Source: an uncultured Bacilli bacterium
GTDB lineage: Bacteria > Bacillota_I > Bacilli_A > RF39 > UBA660
DNA: 64,000 nucleotides
Assembly (NCBI GenBank): GCA_934141245.1
Contig: CAKPCB010000001.1
Coordinates: 21,259 to 85,258, forward strand
Reading direction: 5' to 3'
Below, in pieces: positions 19,999-28,323 of this stretch. A model generated the notes under the pieces. The model was not told the origin of the DNA, ran no database searches, and saw nothing but the letters and a program-made list of their open reading frames with translations. How positions within the stretch are numbered: the stretch's first letter is position 1; every line of letters begins with the position of its first letter. Made by a program: the position numbers and the translations under genes.

Positions 19999-22009
19999 TA
20001 GTGTAAATTGGTTTACCCAAATGATAAGGCCATTCTTTGGCGCAATAGATTGGCTAATATACTCATTAATCGGATGGATAATGGAAGGAATTTTCAATTT
20101 ATCAAATTTGATGATTGATCCCGCATTTGTGAAAAATGTATACAATAGAGTTTATGTTATAATTGCGATATTTATGGTTTTTAAACTTGCGTTTTCTTTT
20201 CTTAAATATATGGTATCTCCTGATAGTCTTACTGATAAAAACGATGGTATTGGAAAATTAGTTGTAAGAGCAATTACTATGCTTGCCATTTTGATTTTTC
20301 TTCCTGTTATATTTTTTAATCAAGACTTAATTGGAGAAGGTAGAGGTCCAGTACTAACCGTTCTACAATCTGGATTAATTAAAACAGTACCTAAAATCGT
20401 TCTTGGAATAGATGATGGGACAGACAATACGGATGGAACATATACAAACTCGGTAGTTGACAAAGCTGATGAATATGGGGAAGCGATGGCCGTAAATATG
20501 CTGTCTGCTTTCTTCTTTCCTGAGGAATGTCGTAAAAATGAAGATTCAAATACTTGTAATGCAGATACCAAATATATTGAAAGTATAGATGACTTTTTAG
20601 ACAAGATAAATGAGCATAATTTTGCTGATGATACATTTAACTATCAATACATGTGGCCACTTACTACTGTTGCAGGTGTACTACTAATTTTAACATTAGT
20701 TGGAATGGCTATAGAAATTGCTATAAGGACATTTAAATTGATTATTTTACAAATGATGGCACCTATACCGGTAATGACTTATATAGATCCAAAGTCATCG
20801 AAAGATGGTGCATTTAGTTCATGGCTAAAAACATTTGTATCGACATATATAGATATTTTTATAAAATTAGCAACGGTATATTTACTATTATTATTAGTTT
20901 CTAAGGTTTTTGCTGGAGATGGAAATAGTATATTTAAAAATACTGCCCAAGGCTTTATGTCAAAAAATCTTGTTATGGTTTTCTTGGTAATTGGATTATT
21001 TAAGTTTGCTAAGGAGGCCCCACAATTTATTAAAGATGCATTGGGTATTAAAAGTAAAGGTGGTTCAGGCTTTGGATTTGGTAAAACACTTGCTGCTGCA
21101 GGTGGTGCACTAGTTGGTGGAGCTGCTGGACTTGCAGGTGGATTTGCCTCTGCAAAAGCAGGAGGAGCAAGTACTGCCGGTGCACTTTTAAGAGCAGCTG
21201 GTGGGGGTGCCGCTGGATTGTTTAGAGGTGGTTCAAGTGCCTTGTCTGCTGCTGGTAAAGATGGAAAGGTTATGAAAGGCCTAGGGGCTGCAGCTCAGGC
21301 ACAAGCCAATATGAATCAAAGAAAAGTTGCAGCCGCTGCTGCGGGTTCAACAATGCTTGGAAGAATGGGATCGAAATTTGACAGTTTATTTACTGGACAA
21401 ACTAAAGCGGATAAAGATAAACAAAATATTGATAACTATAAAGATGCAATAGATAAAGCTAAAAACTTTAAAACTGTACTTTCAGATTCTGCTGCAAAGA
21501 GCGATGCAGCACTTGATGTTAACGGCTTAAGCGGTGTTAACTTGAAACAATTCAAAGGTACATTAGCAGCTGCTAATGCCGGTGACAAGAATGCTATTAA
21601 GAAATTGGCTCAATATGGATTTGGTAGAACTGTTACTACAACAACAACTGATGCATCAGGAAGAACTATTACTACGAGTGCAACAGTCGGCGATTTATCT
21701 GCTGCTAATGCTGGTGCTGTTGGGTTTGAAAAGGATTGGCAAAAAGCTTATTATGCTGCGATTAAAGATGAGAAAATCGATAAAGATGATGATGGCGCAG
21801 TTGCTGTAATGTCGGCTAAAAGTCTTGCTGATTCAACTATTAAATCATTGGATTTGACTGATAAAAAAGGTAATAGAATTACTGAGGTTGATGCATCTAC
21901 TGCTGGTGCAGTTCAAGGAGCAGCTACAATTAAAATTAACAATATTCAACGAGACTCTAGCTATAAAGCAAACAAAGCAAATGCAGATTTTGCAAAAAAA
22001 GGGAAATAA
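19982..22009 (+). CDS. VirB6/TrbL-like polytopic membrane protein with long Gly/Ala-rich C-terminal region
   Basis: GTG start at 19982 after RBS GAGGAGG. At least 6 TM segments in the N-terminal 380 aa. A low-complexity G/A-rich tail follows (GGSGFGFGKTLAAAGGALVGGAAGLAGG...), as seen in TrbL/ConG-type proteins. It lies upstream of the VirB3/VirB4-like genes. Confidence 0.65.
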   Translation: MILTFDSVNWFTQMIRPFFGAIDWLIYSLIGWIMEGIFNLSNLMIDPAFVKNVYNRVYVIIAIFMVFKLAFSFLKYMVSPDSLTDKNDGIGKLVVRAITMLAILIFLPVIFFNQDLIGEGRGPVLTVLQSGLIKTVPKIVLGIDDGTDNTDGTYTNSVVDKADEYGEAMAVNMLSAFFFPEECRKNEDSNTCNADTKYIESIDDFLDKINEHNFADDTFNYQYMWPLTTVAGVLLILTLVGMAIEIAIRTFKLIILQMMAPIPVMTYIDPKSSKDGAFSSWLKTFVSTYIDIFIKLATVYLLLLLVSKVFAGDGNSIFKNTAQGFMSKNLVMVFLVIGLFKFAKEAPQFIKDALGIKSKGGSGFGFGKTLAAAGGALVGGAAGLAGGFASAKAGGASTAGALLRAAGGGAAGLFRGGSSALSAAGKDGKVMKGLGAAAQAQANMNQRKVAAAAAGSTMLGRMGSKFDSLFTGQTKADKDKQNIDNYKDAIDKAKNFKTVLSDSAAKSDAALDVNGLSGVNLKQFKGTLAAANAGDKNAIKKLAQYGFGRTVTTTTTDASGRTITTSATVGDLSAANAGAVGFEKDWQKAYYAAIKDEKIDKDDDGAVAVMSAKSLADSTIKSLDLTDKKGNRITEVDASTAGAVQGAATIKINNIQRDSSYKANKANADFAKKGK

Positions 22010-22026
22010 TTGGAGTGTGATATTAG

Positions 22027-22353
22027 ATGAATGAATATTTAATCCCCGCTAATGCAAATAGGGGAAAACTTATACTTGGATTTTTTAGGAAAATAGATGC
22101 AATTGTATTTGGATGTGGAATTCTAACAACACTACTTTTACTATTTGTCTTTCAAAACAGTTTAAGCTCTGGTGCAGTGGCATTTGCTGTTTTATCTCCG
22201 GCGTTGTTCACTGGTTTCTTAATTCTACCAGTTCCTAATCAGCATAACGTTATGGTGGTAATTGGCAATGTGTATAAATTTTATTTTGTAAATAGAAACA
22301 GATTTGTATGGAAAGGTTGGTGTTCATTAGATGGCGAAGAAAATGACAAGTAA
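22027..22353 (+). CDS. PrgI/VirB3-like small membrane protein
   Basis: 108 aa, two TM helices, immediately upstream of and overlapping the VirB4-like gene. This is the typical VirB3-VirB4 arrangement in Gram-positive T4SS. Confidence 0.55.
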   Translation: MNEYLIPANANRGKLILGFFRKIDAIVFGCGILTTLLLLFVFQNSLSSGAVAFAVLSPALFTGFLILPVPNQHNVMVVIGNVYKFYFVNRNRFVWKGWCSLDGEENDK

Positions 22354-22879
22354 ATATACTGAGGATTGGATCCCAGTAAAATCAATTAATAATGGTGTTA
22401 TAATACTTGAAAATAATCTTAATGTATCAGGTGTAAAAATAATGCCTAGAAATATTTTTATACTTGATGAGACTGAACAAGCTAGTGTGTTAACAGGTTT
22501 GAAAAACTTTTATAATCAAATAGATTTTGAATTTTGGTTAATTTGTGCAGATAGACCTGTTGATATAACTGTTTACTTATCTCAACTACAATTGCAATAT
22601 AATAAAACTCAGTCACCTGCTATAAGAAAACTTATAATGGAAGACATAAACAAAGGAAATAGTTTTATGAATAACAATGTTGTTGATACTGAGTATTACA
22701 TATTAATAAAAGAAAAAAATCCTGATATTCTTCAGAAGAAAATAAGACTTCTTATTAATGGATTGTCTAGTTGTAGATTAATAGCTAGTCAAACAACTAA
22801 TGAGGATTTAAGAATAATATTAGATAACTTCTTAAATGGAGGTTCAACAACAGAATTTGGAACGGTGGTGGCACTATGA
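22331..22879 (+). CDS. VirB4/ConE-like conjugation ATPase, N-terminal domain (encoded as a separate ORF)
   Basis: 182 aa. WIPVKSINNGVIILENNLNVSGVKIMPRNIFILDETEQASVLTGL resembles the N-terminal domain of Gram-positive VirB4 homologues. It ends with a TGA that overlaps the ATG of the next ORF (ATGA). Confidence 0.65.
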   Translation: MAKKMTSKYTEDWIPVKSINNGVIILENNLNVSGVKIMPRNIFILDETEQASVLTGLKNFYNQIDFEFWLICADRPVDITVYLSQLQLQYNKTQSPAIRKLIMEDINKGNSFMNNNVVDTEYYILIKEKNPDILQKKIRLLINGLSSCRLIASQTTNEDLRIILDNFLNGGSTTEFGTVVAL

Positions 22880-24666
22880 GTACAATGAAATTTAAATCTC
22901 AAATTGCACCAAAAGGATTGCAATTTAATCCAAGTGATTTCTTTATAAGTGATAAGTATGCAACACTTTTGTCTGTTGTATCATATCCTAAGTTTATAAC
23001 ACCTGGTTATTTATCAACATTAACAACAATGCCAGGAATTAAAGTAGTTATAAAGCATATTCCTGTTCCATTTTCAACTGTTTCAAAAATGTTGAATAAA
23101 CAAATTGCTGAGTTAAAATCACAATATCAGAATGAAAATGATAGAACTATTCAGGAAAGAATAAGAATTGACTATGAATCATTAGAGTACTTTGTTTCTA
23201 TGTTAGCAAGCAGTCAATCCAGAATTTTTGATTTTCAAATGCACATTATGATTACTGCGGATACTAAAGAGGAATTGGAAATAAAAAAAGTTAACGTAAA
23301 AAACTATTTAGATGCAATGGAACTAAGGGCTGTATCATTAAGATTTGAGCAAGAAAAGGTTCTTAAATCAATATTACCAATATTTCCTAAGCAGGATATT
23401 GAAGATAGAATAGGTACACCAATACCATCAATAACAATTGGTGCTATGTATCCATTTATCTTTGACAGTATTAAAGATCCAGGATTATCGACTTTACTAG
23501 GAGTGGACTTTTCTGGTGGTGTAATACTATTCAATCAATTCTTATATAAGATAGCAAATAATAATGATAATAGAAATAATGCTAATATGATTTTACTTGG
23601 TACTTCTGGTTCTGGTAAATCAACTGCAGCTAAATTAATTTTGCGTGGTCATATAAGAAACGGTTGTCAGATAGTAGCGATTGACCCAGAAGATGAAATT
23701 GGTGAAATGGCTAGAGCATACGGCGGAGACACTATAGACTTAGGAAATGGTGGGGAGTATGGTCTTATAAATCCATTACAAATCATGGTAGATGCAGATG
23801 ATAATGGTGTACAAAACAGTAGAACAAGTATTTCACTTACTACACAGTTTTTAAAAGCATTTATGAGATATTACGATCCATCTATTCAAGAAGATGTACT
23901 AACGTTATTTATTGAGACAGTTCGTTCAACCTATAGACGTTTTGGTATAGATGATGATAAAGATTTTTCACATTTTACTAATGAAGATTATCCTACATTC
24001 TCTGATGTATATGAGACAATAAAAGCAATTTTAATATCTCTTCCTGAACATACAAATGAAAGAGATTTAATGGAAAGATTGGAGTTAAAAGTTAGACCTT
24101 TAATAGATGACTTAAAGTATTATTTTAATGGACATACAACTATTGAGCATAACAGCGATTTTATAGTATTTAACATAAAACAATTAATGAATACTGACTC
24201 CACAATTAAAAATGCATTATTCTTTAACACTTTAAAATATGCATGGGGATTATGTCTAGATAAAGATATTGATACAGTATTTATGATTGATGAGGCACAT
24301 GTAATATTAGGTGATCATAATAGATTAGGAGCAGATTTCTTAGCACAACTTCAAAGACGTGCTAGAAAGTATAACACTGGTACTATTATAATTACTCAAC
24401 AACCAAGTGACTTTGCAGCTCCAGAAGTTATAATGCAAGGTAAAGCTATATTTGATAATGCATCATATTATTTGATTATGGGCTTAAAGAAACAAGCTGT
24501 TGAAGATTTGGCTCAACTAATAGACTTAAATGATAATGAGAAGGAAAGTATTAAACAATATAATCAAGGTGAAGCCTTGTTTGTATGTGGTAGACGTAGA
24601 ATGAGAATTAATGTTGTAGTTACTCCAGAAGAATTATCTTCGTTTGGAAGTGGCGGAGGACTATAA
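22876..24666 (+). CDS. VirB4/ConE/TcpF-like T4SS ATPase, ATPase domain
   Basis: Walker A LLGTSGSGKST and Walker B VFMIDEAHVIL. The C-terminal region with IIITQQPSDF is typical of VirB4/TraE-family ATPases. 182 + 596 aa is close to the ~800 aa of an intact VirB4. Confidence 0.85.
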   Translation: MSTMKFKSQIAPKGLQFNPSDFFISDKYATLLSVVSYPKFITPGYLSTLTTMPGIKVVIKHIPVPFSTVSKMLNKQIAELKSQYQNENDRTIQERIRIDYESLEYFVSMLASSQSRIFDFQMHIMITADTKEELEIKKVNVKNYLDAMELRAVSLRFEQEKVLKSILPIFPKQDIEDRIGTPIPSITIGAMYPFIFDSIKDPGLSTLLGVDFSGGVILFNQFLYKIANNNDNRNNANMILLGTSGSGKSTAAKLILRGHIRNGCQIVAIDPEDEIGEMARAYGGDTIDLGNGGEYGLINPLQIMVDADDNGVQNSRTSISLTTQFLKAFMRYYDPSIQEDVLTLFIETVRSTYRRFGIDDDKDFSHFTNEDYPTFSDVYETIKAILISLPEHTNERDLMERLELKVRPLIDDLKYYFNGHTTIEHNSDFIVFNIKQLMNTDSTIKNALFFNTLKYAWGLCLDKDIDTVFMIDEAHVILGDHNRLGADFLAQLQRRARKYNTGTIIITQQPSDFAAPEVIMQGKAIFDNASYYLIMGLKKQAVEDLAQLIDLNDNEKESIKQYNQGEALFVCGRRRMRINVVVTPEELSSFGSGGGL

Positions 24667-24697
24667 CAGTTAATAAGTATTAAATTTTTGATGTAAG

Positions 24698-27598
24698 GTG
24701 GTGATATTTGTGGACGATAATAATAGTAATAATAATAGTAATATAAATGAAAATGCTCCAGAAGCAGAACATCCTGAAAAACCAAGCCTTGGTTCACGAA
24801 TATCATCAGGCCTATCTAAAGCAAGTGATATTATAAATCAATATCAAGATGGTGGATTATCATCTGTTGTCAAAAATGCGGCTAGTAAAAAGATAGGCGA
24901 AAAGGTAGATAAAGTAAAAGACAATGTAAAAAATAAAGCAAATGATAAAATAAATAATATTAAAAACAATGCTAAAGATAAAATTAATTCAAAAATACCC
25001 GATTCGGTAAAGCAAAAAAAACAGGCATTAAATAATAAAGCTAATAATGTTAAAAACAAACTTAATGCTCCTAAGAGAAAATCAGATGAGTTAAAAAACA
25101 AATTGAATGCTGTAAGAGAAAATACAAATAAAAAAGTTTTTAAAAGTGCAGTAAAATCTGCTGTTAATATGGCTGCACCGGGTGCCGGAGTAGCTGCAGA
25201 AAAAATTCTTGAAACTCCAATTGGAAAACCAGCAATGGATGCAGCCGCTAAGGCATCTAATCCTATTTCTGCAATAAAAGAAGGAACTAAAAAATTATTA
25301 AAAATAGTACTATCCAAAGAAGTTAAAAAGAAAATAATTGCTATAATGCTACCTACATTAACTGCAATCTTTTTAATAGTAATTGTAGTATTAGGCATAA
25401 TGTCAAAATTCACTGATAGTCAAACATTCGCTAAAGGTAATGTTGAAGGTGCAGGTAAGGGTAGTGCAGAAGAACTTGATGAAAAATATAAAGCATTCTA
25501 TGAAAATGTAGAAAAATATTCACAAAAATATGGAACAGGGCAAGCAATGATAATTGCTGCGTTAACTAGTTATAAAGATAATGATGTATATTCAGATATG
25601 ACTAAAGAAAGTGAAGATACATCTGAAGATGAAGATGATGACAACGATGAAACCATTATTGATGAGTATTCAAAGAGTGCTATGAAAAAATACATAAAAA
25701 AAGTAGCAAAAAAGCTTAAAGAAAGTAATAATGATATTACACAAGGTGATTATAAAGATCGTAATACTGGTAGTATTTTCTTTTGGTGGTTGTATGATGA
25801 TTTTGTAGATGATTATTATAAAGATTATGTTGGTAAAGACTCTAAAAATCATGAGGAAAAGAAAAAAGAAATAATAGATTTTATTTACTTATATTATAAA
25901 GATATAGCAGATATGGATGAAAATATACTGAATTGTAAAAATTCTTATTATAATGCAACTTGTCCTAGTGTAACAGTTACTGGTGGAAAAGGCGCTGGTA
26001 CTTATAATTTAGAGGAATATATAACAGCTGTTGTTGCACAAGAGATGGGTTATTCAGGATCAAAGGGAGAATATATGGAAGCAAAGAAAGCACAGGCTAT
26101 TGCTGCTAGAACTTATTTGCTTTCTGTTACAAATAATTGTAAAAACTCTATAGAGAATAGTACCAATGCTCAAACTGTTGACTTTGAGAAAGCTAAAAAT
26201 GATAAAGAAGCTCAAGAAGCGGCAAATGCCACTGCTGGTATCGTTTTACTTGATCAAAATAATGATATTTTTACGTCTCAGTATTCATCTATATCACCAA
26301 CATCTACATGCAGTAATGGTATATGTAAAGCAACTTTTCAAACACAGCCTAATAAAACTAATAAAGTTCAAGATATTGAACAGACTTGGTTGACTACTAA
26401 AGGGTTTAGCTTAAAAGGCGGGCATAAATACGGTATGAGTCAATATGGTGCTATGTATTTGTCTGAAAAAGGATATAAATATGATGAAATATTAAAATAT
26501 TATTATGAGGGTTCAAAGATTAGTGCAACTTCTACTACAACAGGAGAAACAACTACTGATCATAAGGATTCTGGTGAAAAAGTTAGAATAACAATGTATG
26601 AAGATGATTCGTTAGGGGCAGGAGGATTAAACAAAGATAGTAAAGAAATATCAACCGATTCTAAAGGATGGAGATATTATACCGATCCCTCAAATGGACA
26701 GAAGTATTTAGTTGTTGCAACATCAACCGAAGAATGTTTAAAAAGTAATTCCTGTGCTAGTAGTGAATCAAGACACGATGGCATGAAATATTATAAATAC
26801 TATGATAAATTAGTTGTTAAAATAGATGGAGTCGAGTATAACTCAATTGTTTTAGATAGTTGTGGAGCTTGTATGAAGGCACCTAGTGATAGGGGAGATA
26901 CAACTAATATGAGAATTGATGTTTGGCGTTCCAAAAATGGAACAAGTTATAAAAATGATTATGGTGAGTATTATGATGATGGTAGTGTTGCTTCATCAAA
27001 CAATGGTGCAATCTGTGGATATAGTGGTAACGGTTTAGTAAGTGTTGATGGCTTTGAGCAAAGAGTATCTAGAGCACCAAGAACTAATTCATATTATTAT
27101 AATCAAGAAACTAATACAGCAGCAAATGGATGGCTTGAAGGTGAATGTGCTTGGTATGCATCAGCAAGAGCCCAAGAAATACTTGCAACACTAAATAATG
27201 GTGCAACATGGAACTATAATGGAAATGGTAATACATATTGTCGAAGTTCAGATGCTAAGAAATTTGTAAATAGCACAGATTCTAAAAAACCACAACAAGG
27301 TGCAATTGTTTCATGGTCTTCTGGAAAATATGGACATGTTGCAATAGTGGAAAATGTTGAAGGTGACACTGTTACCATATCAGAAGCCGGTTTATCCTTT
27401 GGATCTAAAGCAAGTTATGGATGTAGTACTGGTGAATGTGTAAGAAAGAAACTAAAAAATGGTGCAGAAGGTAGAAGAAGTTACTGTGAGTTAAATAATA
27501 CTGGATGTTTTAACACTAGAAAAGTTAGTATAGAGCGAATGAAGAAATTGGAAGGTTCATTTAATTGCTACATATATTTAGCACAACCAATTAAATAA
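24698..27598 (+). CDS. Membrane-anchored cell-wall hydrolase with SpoIID/LytB domain and C-terminal CHAP domain (T4SS VirB1-like function)
   Basis: N-terminal K-rich coiled coil, then TM helix IIAIMLPTLTAIFLIVIVVLGIM. SpoIID/LytB signature EYITAVVAQEMGYSGSKGEYMEAKKAQAIAARTYLL. C-terminal CHAP motifs GECAWYASARA (Cys) and GKYGHVAIVENV (His). Confidence 0.8.
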   Translation: MVIFVDDNNSNNNSNINENAPEAEHPEKPSLGSRISSGLSKASDIINQYQDGGLSSVVKNAASKKIGEKVDKVKDNVKNKANDKINNIKNNAKDKINSKIPDSVKQKKQALNNKANNVKNKLNAPKRKSDELKNKLNAVRENTNKKVFKSAVKSAVNMAAPGAGVAAEKILETPIGKPAMDAAAKASNPISAIKEGTKKLLKIVLSKEVKKKIIAIMLPTLTAIFLIVIVVLGIMSKFTDSQTFAKGNVEGAGKGSAEELDEKYKAFYENVEKYSQKYGTGQAMIIAALTSYKDNDVYSDMTKESEDTSEDEDDDNDETIIDEYSKSAMKKYIKKVAKKLKESNNDITQGDYKDRNTGSIFFWWLYDDFVDDYYKDYVGKDSKNHEEKKKEIIDFIYLYYKDIADMDENILNCKNSYYNATCPSVTVTGGKGAGTYNLEEYITAVVAQEMGYSGSKGEYMEAKKAQAIAARTYLLSVTNNCKNSIENSTNAQTVDFEKAKNDKEAQEAANATAGIVLLDQNNDIFTSQYSSISPTSTCSNGICKATFQTQPNKTNKVQDIEQTWLTTKGFSLKGGHKYGMSQYGAMYLSEKGYKYDEILKYYYEGSKISATSTTTGETTTDHKDSGEKVRITMYEDDSLGAGGLNKDSKEISTDSKGWRYYTDPSNGQKYLVVATSTEECLKSNSCASSESRHDGMKYYKYYDKLVVKIDGVEYNSIVLDSCGACMKAPSDRGDTTNMRIDVWRSKNGTSYKNDYGEYYDDGSVASSNNGAICGYSGNGLVSVDGFEQRVSRAPRTNSYYYNQETNTAANGWLEGECAWYASARAQEILATLNNGATWNYNGNGNTYCRSSDAKKFVNSTDSKKPQQGAIVSWSSGKYGHVAIVENVEGDTVTISEAGLSFGSKASYGCSTGECVRKKLKNGAEGRRSYCELNNTGCFNTRKVSIERMKKLEGSFNCYIYLAQPIK

Positions 27599-27607
27599 GG
27601 AGGATTT

Positions 27608-28309
27608 ATGAAAAAAAGAAAAATAATATTATTGATATTAGTATTAATTCCCTTATTATTTGGTTGTAATGCTAATGCTGAATATAGTTTAGTTGTTTAT
27701 GATAATGAAATTTCAGAAAATGTTAATTTGCTTTTAATGAATAATACGGATAATTCAAGTAAAATAACTGATGAACTAGAATATCCTACTATAGCACTAG
27801 ACAATGAAGTATTTGATACATATACTGATGAAAAAATAGATGGAGTTCCATATTATACTAAAAAAAGAATTGATAAAAATGGCTTAATAGGAATTAATTA
27901 TTTTTACAAGTTTGATACTGATAATTATAAGGATTCATCTGCATTTAATTTTTGTTATGATAACGCATCATTTATAAAAGAGGATAAATATCTTATTTTA
28001 TCAACAAATAAGTTTAATAAATGTATTGAAAATTATGATGTTGATGAAATTAAAATTCATTTGAAGACAAATCATAAAGTAAAACAAAATAATGCAGATG
28101 AGGTTGATGGATATAATTATTATTGGAGAATTAATAAAGGTAATTATGATGATAAAAACATTTACATAATGTTATATAAGGATAAATACGTATTTAATTA
28201 CGAAGGTGAAGCTATACCATATATAATTGGTTCAATTATTATTGCAATTTTAGTTTTAACTGTTATAATAGTTTTGAGGAAAAAGTCTAAAAAAAATAAT
28301 AACGTGTAG
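27608..28309 (+). CDS. Lipoprotein with C-terminal TM anchor (hypothetical T4SS-associated)
   Basis: Lipobox LLFGC after an N-terminal signal. C-terminal TM IIGSIIIAILVLTVIIVL followed by a basic tail. RBS AAGGAGG. Confidence 0.55.
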   Translation: MKKRKIILLILVLIPLLFGCNANAEYSLVVYDNEISENVNLLLMNNTDNSSKITDELEYPTIALDNEVFDTYTDEKIDGVPYYTKKRIDKNGLIGINYFYKFDTDNYKDSSAFNFCYDNASFIKEDKYLILSTNKFNKCIENYDVDEIKIHLKTNHKVKQNNADEVDGYNYYWRINKGNYDDKNIYIMLYKDKYVFNYEGEAIPYIIGSIIIAILVLTVIIVLRKKSKKNNNV

Positions 28310-28323
28310 GAAGAGGGTAGACT

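Noticed and set aside
21576-21809. + strand 77-aa ORF inside the VirB6-like gene in another frame
   Set aside because: Alternate-frame reading of the Gly/Ala-rich repeat region, and a translation unlikely to be a real protein.
24564-24806. Minus-strand ORF with a poly-tyrosine run (YYYYYYYYY)
   Set aside because: It is the antisense of the AAT/AGT-rich low-complexity stretch at the start of the hydrolase gene and has no RBS.
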